From Candidatus Heimdallarchaeota archaeon (GTDB taxonomy: Archaea; Asgardarchaeota; Heimdallarchaeia; Hodarchaeales; Hodarchaeaceae): a stretch of 64,000 bases of DNA. Every line of letters starts with the position of its first letter. Position 1 is the first letter of the stretch. The notes below the pieces were generated by a model. It saw nothing but the letters and a program-made list of their open reading frames with translations. It was not told the DNA's origin and ran no database searches. Of this stretch, positions 50,298 to 60,837 are shown one piece after another. The stretch spans positions 480,001 to 544,000 of the forward strand of contig RDOB01000002.1 in NCBI GenBank assembly GCA_011364965.1, given 5' to 3'. The translations under genes and the position numbers were made by a program.

Positions 50298-50921
50298 TTA
50301 AGAAAATTGGTCAGCTATGCACCTATCACAGAGAATAATTCTCTCTCCTCCTCGCTTATCAATGATATCAGAACAATTTTGACATATATAATGTTTACAA
50401 TTTGAGCATCTAAGGATACCAATGTTAGATCTACATAGATTGCATCTAAAGAAACTTAAGTCTGTTTCAAGTTTTGAAATCAGAGATAGAAGTATCTTCT
50501 TAATTGTACTGGGAGTTTTAATAGAGCTATTAGTCCATATAGATTCCATCAGCATTTTAATTGATTTATCGGATATCTCTTTTGGTAAGGCTATATTCAA
50601 GTTTTCAGTTTCTAAGGGGGCAATGATTATTTTCCAAACCGCTTTGGGATAGATAAATACATGTTTCCGATTATTTATTTTGATATCAATCGATCCGATT
50701 AGTCCTGCATCCTCCAAAGCTGATAAATGAAAATCTAATCCCGCTCGTTGCAGATTAAATTCGCTTAATAGCTCTGATTTAGTTAAGAATATGTTTTTAT
50801 TAATGTAAGTGAGGATTTCCAGACGTTTAGTATTTGCTAAAGCTCGAATTAGTTCGAATTGTTGATCTGTAATTATCTTGGAATTTATTTTATGATCGTT
50901 TTCGGAATGAGGATTGCTCAT
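50298..50921 (-). CDS. ArsR-type HTH protein with C-terminal Cys-rich zinc finger
   Basis: ALANTKRLEIL...FHLSALEDAGLI; C-terminal CNLC..CSNC..CQNC..CDRC. Confidence 0.8.
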   Translation of the reverse strand: MSNPHSENDHKINSKIITDQQFELIRALANTKRLEILTYINKNIFLTKSELLSEFNLQRAGLDFHLSALEDAGLIGSIDIKINNRKHVFIYPKAVWKIIIAPLETENLNIALPKEISDKSIKMLMESIWTNSSIKTPSTIKKILLSLISKLETDLSFFRCNLCRSNIGILRCSNCKHYICQNCSDIIDKRGGERIILCDRCIADQFS

Positions 50922-51069
50922 ACATAAAGTATTACTGGAAACATAATAAATTTCACGGTTAAGTACGAAGGAGTTGGCCTAAAGTAAGTCGATTTACTAA
51001 AGCTCGAAAAGAATTTATAGCTCAACTAATAAAAAATGAGGAAGATAATTAGATTGGAGATGAGAAATT

Positions 51070-52806
51070 TTGGTAAAACCCGAAGATATACCATTATACC
51101 CTCAAGATGTTCCCAAAACGATCGATTACCCCGTATTTCCTCTTTATCAATACTTAGACGATGCAGAAAGAGACTTCCCTAATAATGAAGCGTTTATTCT
51201 AGAAACTCAAAGCTTCGATAAAATTGCTAAGGTAACTTATGCAGAATTAGGTAAATATACAGATATATTTGCAGCATTCCTTGCAGCTAAAGGAATTGGT
51301 CCTGGAGATAAGATTGGAGTCTTTCTACCAAATATGATTGAGTTTGTTATTGCTTATTACGGTATTCTGAAAGCAGGAGCGACAGTGGTTAGTTTAAACT
51401 TTCAATACCCTCCGAGTGAATTGAGAGGACAGCTAAAGCAAAGTCAAGCAAAAGGAATTGTCTGTGCGGATATGATAACACCTGCTGCTCAACCCTACGA
51501 AACCTGCAAAGAAATAAGAGATCAAGTCGGGTTCATTGTCGTAGCAAGCATTAAACCCTATTTATCAGGCATAAAAGGTATCTTGGGGTCACTTCTTGGA
51601 AAAATCAGCAAAAAAGATTCCCGTGATTATTATTTACATGAAATATATGATCAATATGGAAGAGATCAAAGGCCAAAAATTCAAGCACCGAAACCAGAAG
51701 ATGTAGCAGTAATAATGTTTACAGGAGGGACAACTGGGACTCCCAAAGGTGCAATGTTAACACAGAAGAACCTTGTTTCAAACGTGGTGCAATGTTCTGT
51801 ATGGATGCAACCACCACTAGAGCGAGGGCAAGTGAATGGTATTGGTTCATTGCCTTTTTACCATTCGTACGGAGCTACTACATCTATGAATCTTGGGATA
51901 TATTTGGCCAGCAGAATGATATGTATGATGGATCCTCGAGAAGATAAATTCAACCAAATCTTATATCTTTTAGAAAAATATAAGGTGCATCTCTTTAATA
52001 CTGTTCCCACTCTTTATATTGCACTGCTAAATCATCCTCGTTTACGCGAATTTGATTTGAATAATTTAATGTACGGAACAAGCGGTGCTGCCCCGTTACC
52101 TATCGCGGTTATTGAGGAATTCGAGAAAAGGACAGGCGCAAACATTGCTGAAGGATACGGACTTACAGAAACAAGCCCCGTTACTCATATAAATCCAATG
52201 GCTCCTGCTCCAGGAAAGAAAAAACCTTGGAAGAAAAATGGGTCAATTGGATTACCTATACCTGATACAGATGTGGTTGTTGTAGATATTGGGACAGGTA
52301 ATAAGCTCTTGGAGCAAAATGAAGAAGGGGAAATTGCAATCCATGGTCCCCAGGTCTTTGCTGGTTATTATTTAAACGAAGACGCCACAAAAGAAGTCAC
52401 AAGAGTATTCAACGGAAAAAACTATTTTTTAACAGGTGATATTGGGAAATTCGATGAAGACTTTTATTTCTATATTACAGACAGAAAGAAAGATATGATT
52501 GATGTTGGCGGTTTCAAAGCATATCCGAGAGAAATTGAAGATGTTCTTATAGCACATCCCAAAATTTCCAATGCTGCATGTATTGGAGTCCCTCATCCGA
52601 AGGTTGGGGAGACAGTAAAATTATTTATTGTGCCTAAACCTGAGACTGACCTTACTAAAGCTGAGGTTCTATCTTACTGTCAAGAAAAGCTTGTGAAATA
52701 TAAACAACCTCATAGTGAGGAATATATCGAATTTCGAGATGAATTACCAATGACTCAAGTTGGTAAAGTATTACGACGTGCTTTAAAAGAAGAAGAAGGA
52801 CAATAA
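51070..52806 (+). CDS. fadD: Long-chain-fatty-acid--CoA ligase
   Basis: FTGGTTGTPKG, EGYGLTETSP, TGDIG, DRKKDMI, GKVLRR. Confidence 0.9.
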   Translation: MVKPEDIPLYPQDVPKTIDYPVFPLYQYLDDAERDFPNNEAFILETQSFDKIAKVTYAELGKYTDIFAAFLAAKGIGPGDKIGVFLPNMIEFVIAYYGILKAGATVVSLNFQYPPSELRGQLKQSQAKGIVCADMITPAAQPYETCKEIRDQVGFIVVASIKPYLSGIKGILGSLLGKISKKDSRDYYLHEIYDQYGRDQRPKIQAPKPEDVAVIMFTGGTTGTPKGAMLTQKNLVSNVVQCSVWMQPPLERGQVNGIGSLPFYHSYGATTSMNLGIYLASRMICMMDPREDKFNQILYLLEKYKVHLFNTVPTLYIALLNHPRLREFDLNNLMYGTSGAAPLPIAVIEEFEKRTGANIAEGYGLTETSPVTHINPMAPAPGKKKPWKKNGSIGLPIPDTDVVVVDIGTGNKLLEQNEEGEIAIHGPQVFAGYYLNEDATKEVTRVFNGKNYFLTGDIGKFDEDFYFYITDRKKDMIDVGGFKAYPREIEDVLIAHPKISNAACIGVPHPKVGETVKLFIVPKPETDLTKAEVLSYCQEKLVKYKQPHSEEYIEFRDELPMTQVGKVLRRALKEEEGQ

Positions 52807-53158
52807 AATCATTTTTCTTTATTTTCTTATTTTATCTAAAATTAGATTGATTATTGTTCAATAATCTCCAGTAACTAAAGTCCATCTCCCAGATTATAGA
52901 GATTGGTGTGTAGTTATTCCTTTCTTTTCGATGATATACAAACATAATTTTTGTCTTTCAAAAAATAAACCTAAAAAAACCCAATCTTCTTCTACTAATC
53001 ATATTTGCATCTTCAAATGCCAATGGAGAATAGATTTTCCACAATTTAGCTTAACAAATAATAAATGATAGCGTTCAAATTTAGGGAGAATGTCAGGAAT
53101 CACCTCTCAATTTGAAAGTGCTTTCCTGAAATTTTCATCATAATTCATTTGGGAAGGC

Positions 53159-55888
53159 CTACGAGAGAGGATTGAGGGGATGATGAACAGATTTTACGGG
53201 GAATAAAAGCTGAAATTCATTTCCCTTAGGATCTAAAGGGATAATCTTCAATGTTCCGTCGTAACGTTTCATAATAACAGAAGAAAGGGCAATAGGAAGA
53301 TAATGGCCTCTTGACTCCCATTTCTCTGTAATAGGTGAGGTGAGCTGAGTACTGATTAATTGAGGTATTGGCTGTGAATAGTTGTCACGAATCGATATAC
53401 AAAAGTTTGAGGGAAGTAATGAAGCTTCAATTAGAATAAGCAATTTTGATTTTTTAGTATCTAGATCACTATAATTAGAATTGAGAATAAAGAACAATAA
53501 TTCATAAAATGCATCGTATAGATAATTATCTCCCTCTAGTCTGATACTTGAAAGAGTTGATTCATTTACCTCAATTACCTTGAGATGCGATAAAGATGTA
53601 AATTTTTCCACAGTTTCATTAATTAATTCTAAAATATTTAATTTTTCAGCTTTGTAGGGGAGTTCTGATTGAAGTACAGCAAAAATTTTACTTACTAGCT
53701 CAATTTTTCTAGATGATTGGTGAACTATCTTCCGCAATTGCTTGATAATTTCGTGATCCAATTCATAACTTGTATTATACTTGTGTAATAATAAATCTAA
53801 GGCAAATAAAATTTTTTGGAGATCATTATTAAGGAAATGGCTGGACATTGCATGGTAGCGTTCTTCTTCAAGTTTAATTTGATGGATTCTTTTCTCAGAC
53901 TCCCAGAGTCTTTGCTCCACCTCTTTGATTTTGGTTATATCAGTGAATACTGATAAAACCCCCTCAAAATCTCCTTCCTTGGAATGAAGAGGTGTAGCAG
54001 AAATTATTAACGGAATATGCTGGCCATCTTTCCCTAAAGCTACTGTTTCATATCTGCTACTTATACCTTCTGATCGCTTAGATGTCTCATTTCTGACCAT
54101 TTCCAAATAGTCTGGTACAATAAAATTGGACCAATGTTTATTAAGCAATTCTTCTTCCGTATATCCTAACAGGGTGACAGTTTGTGGATTAGTAAAGGTG
54201 AAAAAACCTTCAACATCTTCTAAAACAACACCTTCTTCCATCTTCTCAATGAGCATTTGATATTTTTCTTTGGCTTCTTGCAATGCGATTTCTGCTCTTT
54301 TTCGTTCTGTGATATCCCTCACGATACTTTGAATAACCTTCTGACTACCAATCTTAAATAAACTTGAGGATACTTCAGCAGAAAATGTTTTTCCCTCCTT
54401 TTTCATGAAGTCTATCTCAAAATTTACAAATCCTTTTTGTATAATTGTTTCAAAAGCCTTTTTTGATGCCTCAAGCATGACTGGAGGATGAAGATCAGCG
54501 ATCTTTAATGAAAAAATGTCTATTTTGGTGTATCCAAAGAGTTCTAGCACCTTTTGGTTAACATCAAGGATATTTCCTTTAAGATCATGTAGAAAAATCG
54601 CGTCATTTGAATAATGGAAGAGGTTACTATATTTTTCCTCACTTTCACGTAATGCTTCCTCGGCTTTCTTCTGGCTTGTAAGATCTCGAAATGCCGTAAT
54701 TCTAACAGTCTTGCCCTCATATTTTGCAAGTTTTGCTTTAATTTCTACTGGGAAGGTTGTGCCGTCTTTTCGTAAAGCAAGAGCTTCATAAGGTTCTTCT
54801 GATCCACTTAAAATATTTTTGAGAATTAGTTCACGAGACTTAGGAGCTGCATGTTCCAGACCATTAGAACCAAGAATTTCAGAGAGTTCATAACCTAGCA
54901 GATTAGTATACATTTCGTTAGCTTCAATGATTACTCCCTGATCATGAATTATTAGTCCCTCAAACGCTGCTTCAGATAACCTCCGATATCTTTGTTCACT
55001 CTCACGTAAGGCTCTTTCTATTTGCCTGTGCTTTGTAGTATCATGGCCGATTATTTGAATAGCTTCTATTCTATTATTTTTCATTAATAGGGTGGGTACA
55101 ATTTCAAAATTATGTTTCACACCCAAACTATCATTCAATTCTAGATCAATTGGTTTAATATCTGATTTACTCGGTAATTCAGAAAATTGTTCGTCATATT
55201 TCCTTTTGTCTTTCTCAGTTAATATATTTAGCTCAATAAAATGTTTACCTATCAATTCTTCTTTAGGATAGCCAATGAATTCACTCACTCGATTGTTACA
55301 GTCAATAAGATAACCATTTAGATCCATTAGTGCCATTAGATCGGGTATTGATTCAAATAGCGTCCTGTACTTCTCTTCGCTCTCTTTTAGAGCCATCTCT
55401 GCTTTTTTTTGATCTGTAATATCCGCTAGAACCATTGTAGCTTTTTCTGCATTCCCTTGATTATCCAAAGTAAATTTAGTTCTTGCTGAAATCCAAAATA
55501 AGGTGCCATTTTTTTTCCTAATTTTAAAATTAGCATGCCTGGGGGTAATGTCTTCACCAGAGAGTAGTGACATTTGTCTTTTGATAAAATAGTCTTTGCT
55601 TTCCTCTTCTAATAGATCAAAAGGGTCAAAAGATAATAATTCTTCTTTCGTGTATCCCGTCCGTTCACATACGATGTTATTCACAGATATAAATTTTCTT
55701 TTTGTAATATCCACTTCGAGAATTCCTGCGGGAGATTCTTCGATTAGTTCCTTAAGTTGTTGTTTAATTTTCTTTATTTCTTTTATACGATTTATATATG
55801 AGGTTCTAAATTTCTCTAGCGTTATTCTCGCATCCTCCGGGATATCCTTCCGATCTATTAATGTAGCAATTTCTGCTTGCATATTCAT
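53159..55888 (-). CDS. Five-PAS sensor protein with degenerate histidine-kinase C-terminus
   Basis: Five PAS/PAC repeats ending D-I/T/L-T; H-box-like HFLNNDLQ; ATPase N/G boxes eroded. Confidence 0.85.
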   Translation of the reverse strand: MNMQAEIATLIDRKDIPEDARITLEKFRTSYINRIKEIKKIKQQLKELIEESPAGILEVDITKRKFISVNNIVCERTGYTKEELLSFDPFDLLEEESKDYFIKRQMSLLSGEDITPRHANFKIRKKNGTLFWISARTKFTLDNQGNAEKATMVLADITDQKKAEMALKESEEKYRTLFESIPDLMALMDLNGYLIDCNNRVSEFIGYPKEELIGKHFIELNILTEKDKRKYDEQFSELPSKSDIKPIDLELNDSLGVKHNFEIVPTLLMKNNRIEAIQIIGHDTTKHRQIERALRESEQRYRRLSEAAFEGLIIHDQGVIIEANEMYTNLLGYELSEILGSNGLEHAAPKSRELILKNILSGSEEPYEALALRKDGTTFPVEIKAKLAKYEGKTVRITAFRDLTSQKKAEEALRESEEKYSNLFHYSNDAIFLHDLKGNILDVNQKVLELFGYTKIDIFSLKIADLHPPVMLEASKKAFETIIQKGFVNFEIDFMKKEGKTFSAEVSSSLFKIGSQKVIQSIVRDITERKRAEIALQEAKEKYQMLIEKMEEGVVLEDVEGFFTFTNPQTVTLLGYTEEELLNKHWSNFIVPDYLEMVRNETSKRSEGISSRYETVALGKDGQHIPLIISATPLHSKEGDFEGVLSVFTDITKIKEVEQRLWESEKRIHQIKLEEERYHAMSSHFLNNDLQKILFALDLLLHKYNTSYELDHEIIKQLRKIVHQSSRKIELVSKIFAVLQSELPYKAEKLNILELINETVEKFTSLSHLKVIEVNESTLSSIRLEGDNYLYDAFYELLFFILNSNYSDLDTKKSKLLILIEASLLPSNFCISIRDNYSQPIPQLISTQLTSPITEKWESRGHYLPIALSSVIMKRYDGTLKIIPLDPKGNEFQLLFPVKSVHHPLNPLS

Positions 55889-56208
55889 TACCTTTTTTTA
55901 TTTCATGATTAAAATGGATTGGGTATGATGTTTTATTGATTTAATCCCGTAACTATTAATCAATATGAAGAATAAGATCCCCGCTCCATGCAAAAGCATA
56001 AGTAGCTCAAATTCTACTAACATTTTAAATCCTGCGTGAAATATGTAGTTTATAATTGTAAATACCTATCTGGTATTAAATATTAACTTTGCTAATTTGA
56101 AGGAATAATTATAATTGGAGATCTATTATCAAACCAAAGGTCAATATCTAAATATTGCCACAAAATTAGAAAACAGAAAGAAAAAAACATATAGTATAAA
56201 TCTGATTT

Positions 56209-57120
56209 ATGGGATTAGTCGAAATAAAGGTCTTTTTCATCAGATATTTAAATGTGAGAAAGATTGAAATGCTGGTTCTCCTAACGAGCTTATTGTTTCT
56301 GCTTCTTCTTTATTTCTTAATTACTTTGTTAATAGTCTTAATTTTTGCGAATTTTCCTCGTAATTCAATGAATGATGTACCTGAGTGGGGATTTGTGACA
56401 GAATACAGAATTCCAACAGTTAAGGGAAAATCCTTGGAAGCGTGGGTGGTAATCCCGAATTTAAATTCTCTTGATCCTAGTAAGCCTGCAATTGTCCTTC
56501 TCCATGGATGGGGGCGTAATCGTGGACGTATGGTGTCACGTGCTCGTATTTTTGGTAATAAAGGGTATAAAACGATTTTATTTTCCGCAAGAGATCATGG
56601 TTCTTCTGATAAGGAACGTTTGGGAATGACGATAGTTCGTTTTTCACACGATCTAGAGTCGTGTGTGAATTGGTGGAGTAAACCAGTTGTTTTAGATGGT
56701 CATTCGATAGGAGGTGGTGCTTGTCTCCTTGTTGCTGCACGAAATCCTCTTGTAGTTGGAGTAATTGGAGAAAGTGTTCCCCTCTCAATACCTGGGAGTT
56801 TAAAGTATATTTATCGTCCTGTTATGAAATGGTTCACCCCTTTATTTTTACCTGGAATTAGAGTAATAACCTCTATTAAATTTCGAAAATATAATAAATC
56901 GCATTATAGTCCTCAGGATGCTGCTTATTTGATAAAAGTTCCAACATTACTCATTCATGGCAAATCAGATGAATTATTTCCCTATACAGACACAGAAATA
57001 TTAGCTAAGAGCATTAAAAAGTCGCATTTATGGCTTCCGCAAAACGTGAACCATTATAATATTGAGGAACATCCTGAGTATTCAAATCGCGTTCTTAATT
57101 TTTTGGAATTGATAAAATAA
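56209..57120 (+). CDS. Membrane-anchored alpha/beta hydrolase
   Basis: N-terminal TM, HGWG, GHSIGG, HGKSD; probable start ATG 56269. Confidence 0.85.
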   Translation: MGLVEIKVFFIRYLNVRKIEMLVLLTSLLFLLLLYFLITLLIVLIFANFPRNSMNDVPEWGFVTEYRIPTVKGKSLEAWVVIPNLNSLDPSKPAIVLLHGWGRNRGRMVSRARIFGNKGYKTILFSARDHGSSDKERLGMTIVRFSHDLESCVNWWSKPVVLDGHSIGGGACLLVAARNPLVVGVIGESVPLSIPGSLKYIYRPVMKWFTPLFLPGIRVITSIKFRKYNKSHYSPQDAAYLIKVPTLLIHGKSDELFPYTDTEILAKSIKKSHLWLPQNVNHYNIEEHPEYSNRVLNFLELIK

Positions 57121-57132
57121 GAGCGCATTCAG

Positions 57133-58074
57133 TTAAAGAAGCGGGAGGACCTCGTCTTTAAAAGTCGATAAGGGATCCGCAAAGCTACACTGAAAATGGG
57201 AGATGAATTTGTATACTCCTGTGCTTTCAATAAATTCTTTCAGTTTTTCTGCCAAAGTTTCTGGTGTTCCCCATGGCATTTCCTGAACTAAATCTGAGGG
57301 ATTTTTATCAGAAAACCGTTGATTGTTAGTAATGAGATCTTTGGCATGCGTAAAGACTTCATTTTCAGTTTTAAATATATACATTCCACCAAAAGCTGAT
57401 TTAATTATATCCGAAGGATTTTTACCGAGATTTTGAACTTCTTCATCGAATTTATGATACACTCTGATTGAATCTTTAAAATTTAATCCAGTATTGAATC
57501 CATCTGCTATTCTTGCTGCCATTTTTAAAAATCGTGGTTTAGATCCCCCAAGATGAATTGGAATCGGATTACTAGGTTTAGGAAAATTACGGTTATCTTT
57601 TAAAGTCCAAAATTCTCCTTTGAAGTCCCATTCTTCGATATTCGGGTTAAGTAACGCTTTTATAATAGTCACAGTTTCCTCTAGTTGCCGTAACCTTACA
57701 CTTGGAGGTGGAAAAGGGTATCCATATGCGAGATATTCATCTTCTTTCCATCCAGTCCCTAGAAGTAATTCAAAGCGACCTTTTGAAAGAAAATCAATTG
57801 AAGCTGTCATTTTCGCAAGAATAGCTGGATTTCTGAAAGATTGACATAATACAGTATGTCCACCATGTATCTTTCGAGACCACATAAGTACAGCTGTAAT
57901 GAAAGTCCAAGCATCTAAGTAAGGTTCCTTTCCATTTATTTTATCGTCGAATCCAGTTAAATGATCATTAGTATAGATGCCATGGTATATTCCTAATGAT
58001 TCTACTTCTTCAACAAAGGATCTCAGTTTCTCTACTGACCAAGAGGGCTCGCGAAGATATATCCCCCATTCCAT
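57133..58074 (-). CDS. LLM-class (luciferase-like, possibly F420-dependent) oxidoreductase
   Basis: DH, RNPAILAK, SKGRFELLLGTGW..EY, IHLGG. Start set to ATG 58074 to remove the overlap with the divergent glutaredoxin. Confidence 0.88.
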   Translation of the reverse strand: MEWGIYLREPSWSVEKLRSFVEEVESLGIYHGIYTNDHLTGFDDKINGKEPYLDAWTFITAVLMWSRKIHGGHTVLCQSFRNPAILAKMTASIDFLSKGRFELLLGTGWKEDEYLAYGYPFPPPSVRLRQLEETVTIIKALLNPNIEEWDFKGEFWTLKDNRNFPKPSNPIPIHLGGSKPRFLKMAARIADGFNTGLNFKDSIRVYHKFDEEVQNLGKNPSDIIKSAFGGMYIFKTENEVFTHAKDLITNNQRFSDKNPSDLVQEMPWGTPETLAEKLKEFIESTGVYKFISHFQCSFADPLSTFKDEVLPLL

Positions 58075-58189
58075 TTTATTCAAATTCCGAATCTCCGTTT
58101 TCGAAATTTCATTGGTATCTATAAAGATAATGACTGCGAACAATCCGCAATCCTTTTGAGTTTTATTAAGAAAGGAGGTCTGAGGAAAG

Positions 58190-58516
58190 ATGTCGCTGAA
58201 TTCAATAACAAAACTATCTGAACTAAAAAACCACATCGTTTCTGTTGAAGGAACTCGTACCTCGCACCCAAAAATATTTACTTTCACGATTTCTACTTGT
58301 CAGTGGTGTAAAAAGGGGAAAAGCTGGTTAAAAGAGAATGGTTTTGCTTATGATTATATTGACATTGATAAAATACCAATTGAAGAAAAAAATGCACTAA
58401 AAACGGAATTACAGGAAGTTTTTGGAGTACGGCCTCGATTTCCATTTTTAATTGTTGGTAGTACAGAATTTCTAGTTGGTTTTAGTGTTAAGAACTGGGA
58501 GGAATTACTATTATGA
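58190..58516 (+). CDS. Glutaredoxin-like protein
   Basis: STCQWC active site and cis-Pro FP; SD-like GGAGG upstream. Confidence 0.85.
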   Translation: MSLNSITKLSELKNHIVSVEGTRTSHPKIFTFTISTCQWCKKGKSWLKENGFAYDYIDIDKIPIEEKNALKTELQEVFGVRPRFPFLIVGSTEFLVGFSVKNWEELLL

Positions 58517-58839
58517 GTGATAATAAAAAAGCATTGAATGATGTAAAATCGTATGTGGAAAAAATTGCAGAGCGAAATAACTGGATATTAAATCCAGATA
58601 AGGAAACCCTTCAAAATCTAATCGAGGGTTTAATGGTCAATATTAATCGGTATGGTTATTATAACTGCCCATGTAGGGATTCTCAGGAAGATCGTAATTT
58701 GGATAAGGATATTATATGCCCTTGTCGATACAGTGAACCAGATATAAGAGAATTCGGCCACTGTTACTGTGCTCTTTATTTTGATGAGGATTATGATTTC
58801 TCCAAATCAGTTGAGATGATTCCCGAAAGACGTGAGTGA
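58513..58839 (+). CDS. Ferredoxin-thioredoxin reductase catalytic subunit-like protein
   Basis: CPCR, ICPC and HCYC motifs; 4-bp overlap with glutaredoxin. Confidence 0.92.
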   Translation: MSDNKKALNDVKSYVEKIAERNNWILNPDKETLQNLIEGLMVNINRYGYYNCPCRDSQEDRNLDKDIICPCRYSEPDIREFGHCYCALYFDEDYDFSKSVEMIPERRE

Positions 58840-59091
58840 TATTCTCCCTAGATTTTTATTTTTCCTTGCAGGAATAAACTACCTTACATCATCCGTTATA
58901 TACCTTCTTAGGTGTTACTGAACTTCCCAATCTAGCGAAAAAACACATTCTGAAGTTAATTATATCATCTACAGTTATAAGAATGGAAATAAGACCGTAA
59001 AAAGGCCGTTTTCTCAGATAAATGAAACAGGCTTGGTATAATATTCTTTTTATAGGTTAATTATTCTCTCATTTTTTCAGTTTTTTCCCTT

Positions 59092-59709
59092 TTGGAAGTA
59101 ATTTATATGGCGGATACTGATATATCATATGATGCTCCCTCTTGGGAGTATATTGAAACTTTAACAGTAAAATTATTTCAAAAATTAAAAGAAAATGCCT
59201 TTCACCCTGATATTATTGCTGGGATTAGTCGGGGTGGCCTAGTTCCAGCGAGAATAATCTCGGATCTATATTTAACTTATGGAGAAAAGCCCACTCTATC
59301 GGTGATGCAAATAGGTTTGTATGCAGGCGTGGGAAAAACATTTAAAGAACCAATAATATATCAAGATCTCCCTGGACATATCCATGGGAAAAAAATTCTT
59401 CTGATTGATGATGTAGCGGATAGTGGAATTTCCTTAGACTTTGCATTACAATATCTTAGTATGAAAAAACCTGCTGCAGTAAAAATCGGCACTTTATATT
59501 ATAAACCATGGTCAAAAATTAAACCTCATTATTATGTGGAAGAAACCGAGGCGTGGATAATTTTTCCTCATGAAAGATATGAATTCATGCAAGAGCAAAT
59601 GAAAAAGAAAGGACTTTCAATGCTAGAAGCGCGGAAATTTTTCATAGAGGACATACATCTCCCCACTTATTCTGTTGATAATTTCCTTAGTATCAAAAAC
59701 AATGGTTGA
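59092..59709 (+). CDS. Purine phosphoribosyltransferase (archaeal Gpt/Hpt-like)
   Basis: SRGGLVPA, LLIDDVADSG, WIIFPHE; probable start ATG 59107. Confidence 0.88.
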   Translation: MEVIYMADTDISYDAPSWEYIETLTVKLFQKLKENAFHPDIIAGISRGGLVPARIISDLYLTYGEKPTLSVMQIGLYAGVGKTFKEPIIYQDLPGHIHGKKILLIDDVADSGISLDFALQYLSMKKPAAVKIGTLYYKPWSKIKPHYYVEETEAWIIFPHERYEFMQEQMKKKGLSMLEARKFFIEDIHLPTYSVDNFLSIKNNG

Positions 59710-59857
59710 AAATATAAGAAAGTGAGGAGTGAATCAAGAACATAAAAATACCCTTTTTATTAGGGAAAGAATTTTAATTACTATACCATAATACTAATGG
59801 ATTATCTCTTTCAGAGATGTAATTTTCCCTAATTAGTTATTCAGTGTAATAGAAGGT

Positions 59858-60820
59858 ATGTATGATATGAATCCTTTTAGGAAAGGTAAAAAATCTGATC
59901 TCGAATTATTAGATGAAAAAATTGATCAGAGATTACATGATATAGAAAAACAGGTTGAAGGGATGGCTTCTCGGGTTAGTTCTCTGACAAGTTCAGTAGA
60001 TCAAAAGGAAGTAGATATCCGAAAATCCGCCACGAAGGAGTTTAAGCATCAATTAGATGAAGTTAGGACCTCTTTGGAACAACTAAGTCTAGAACTAAAT
60101 AATCAAATACTCGATGTGAGTAATCGAGTTGAAAACCTTGACCAAAATTCAAGTAATTGGTCTTTCGCAATCAATGAGCAAGTTGAAGAATTTCGATCCA
60201 AATATGTAGATGTTTTAGAGGAATTACGTCAAGCTAAGAATATAGCGGTTGAGAGAGAAAAAATTATTACCGAAAAATACGAAGAATTGGTAAAACAGTT
60301 GAAAGAAAAGGAAAAGCTAGCATTAGAACGCGAATCTTTATCAACTGAACGAATTAGTTCCCTTCAAGGTGAGGTGGAAAAGAGAGAGCAAGAACTTGGC
60401 AAAAATCAAACTAAGCTGACTGAACTCGAGGCAGATTTGAAAGAGACAAGAACCTTAATAGATGAGCTACAAAAAGCGAAGTTTGATGCCAAGGAATTGG
60501 AAATTAATCATAAAAAGGCATTAGAAGAGATTGAGGATCAAAAGTATGAAATTGAAAGACTTAGATCTCAGATTAATACAATGGTGGAGGATAATAAACA
60601 ATCTATTGCTACAACTAAAGCTGTTAAAACTTTCCTCGCAGATAGTGAATCGGGTAGGATATTAAGTCTTTTACTGAACTCAGAACGGATAACAATTGAT
60701 GAATTGTCTTCTTTGACTGGAATTGCTACCTTTACAGTCCATCAAATTATTCAACGATTCAGTGGTCTGGGAATTGTTACTTATGATGAAGGTGCAAGAA
60801 AAGCAAGGCTTCATGATTAA
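59858..60820 (+). CDS. Long coiled-coil protein with C-terminal winged helix
   Basis: About 240 aa of E/K/L heptads, then ITIDELSSLTGI...FSGLGIV. Confidence 0.75.
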   Translation: MYDMNPFRKGKKSDLELLDEKIDQRLHDIEKQVEGMASRVSSLTSSVDQKEVDIRKSATKEFKHQLDEVRTSLEQLSLELNNQILDVSNRVENLDQNSSNWSFAINEQVEEFRSKYVDVLEELRQAKNIAVEREKIITEKYEELVKQLKEKEKLALERESLSTERISSLQGEVEKREQELGKNQTKLTELEADLKETRTLIDELQKAKFDAKELEINHKKALEEIEDQKYEIERLRSQINTMVEDNKQSIATTKAVKTFLADSESGRILSLLLNSERITIDELSSLTGIATFTVHQIIQRFSGLGIVTYDEGARKARLHD

Positions 60821-60837
60821 ATCTAAGGTCGTCATCT

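Noticed and set aside
58075-58287. N-terminal 71-aa extension of the LLM oxidoreductase
   Set aside because: Overlaps the divergent glutaredoxin and its promoter; the family fold begins at MEWGIYL
58190-58839. Glutaredoxin plus FTR pair as a novel system, or as selenoproteins
   Set aside because: This pairing is already known in anaerobes; all motif positions are Cys and no in-frame TGA read-through is needed
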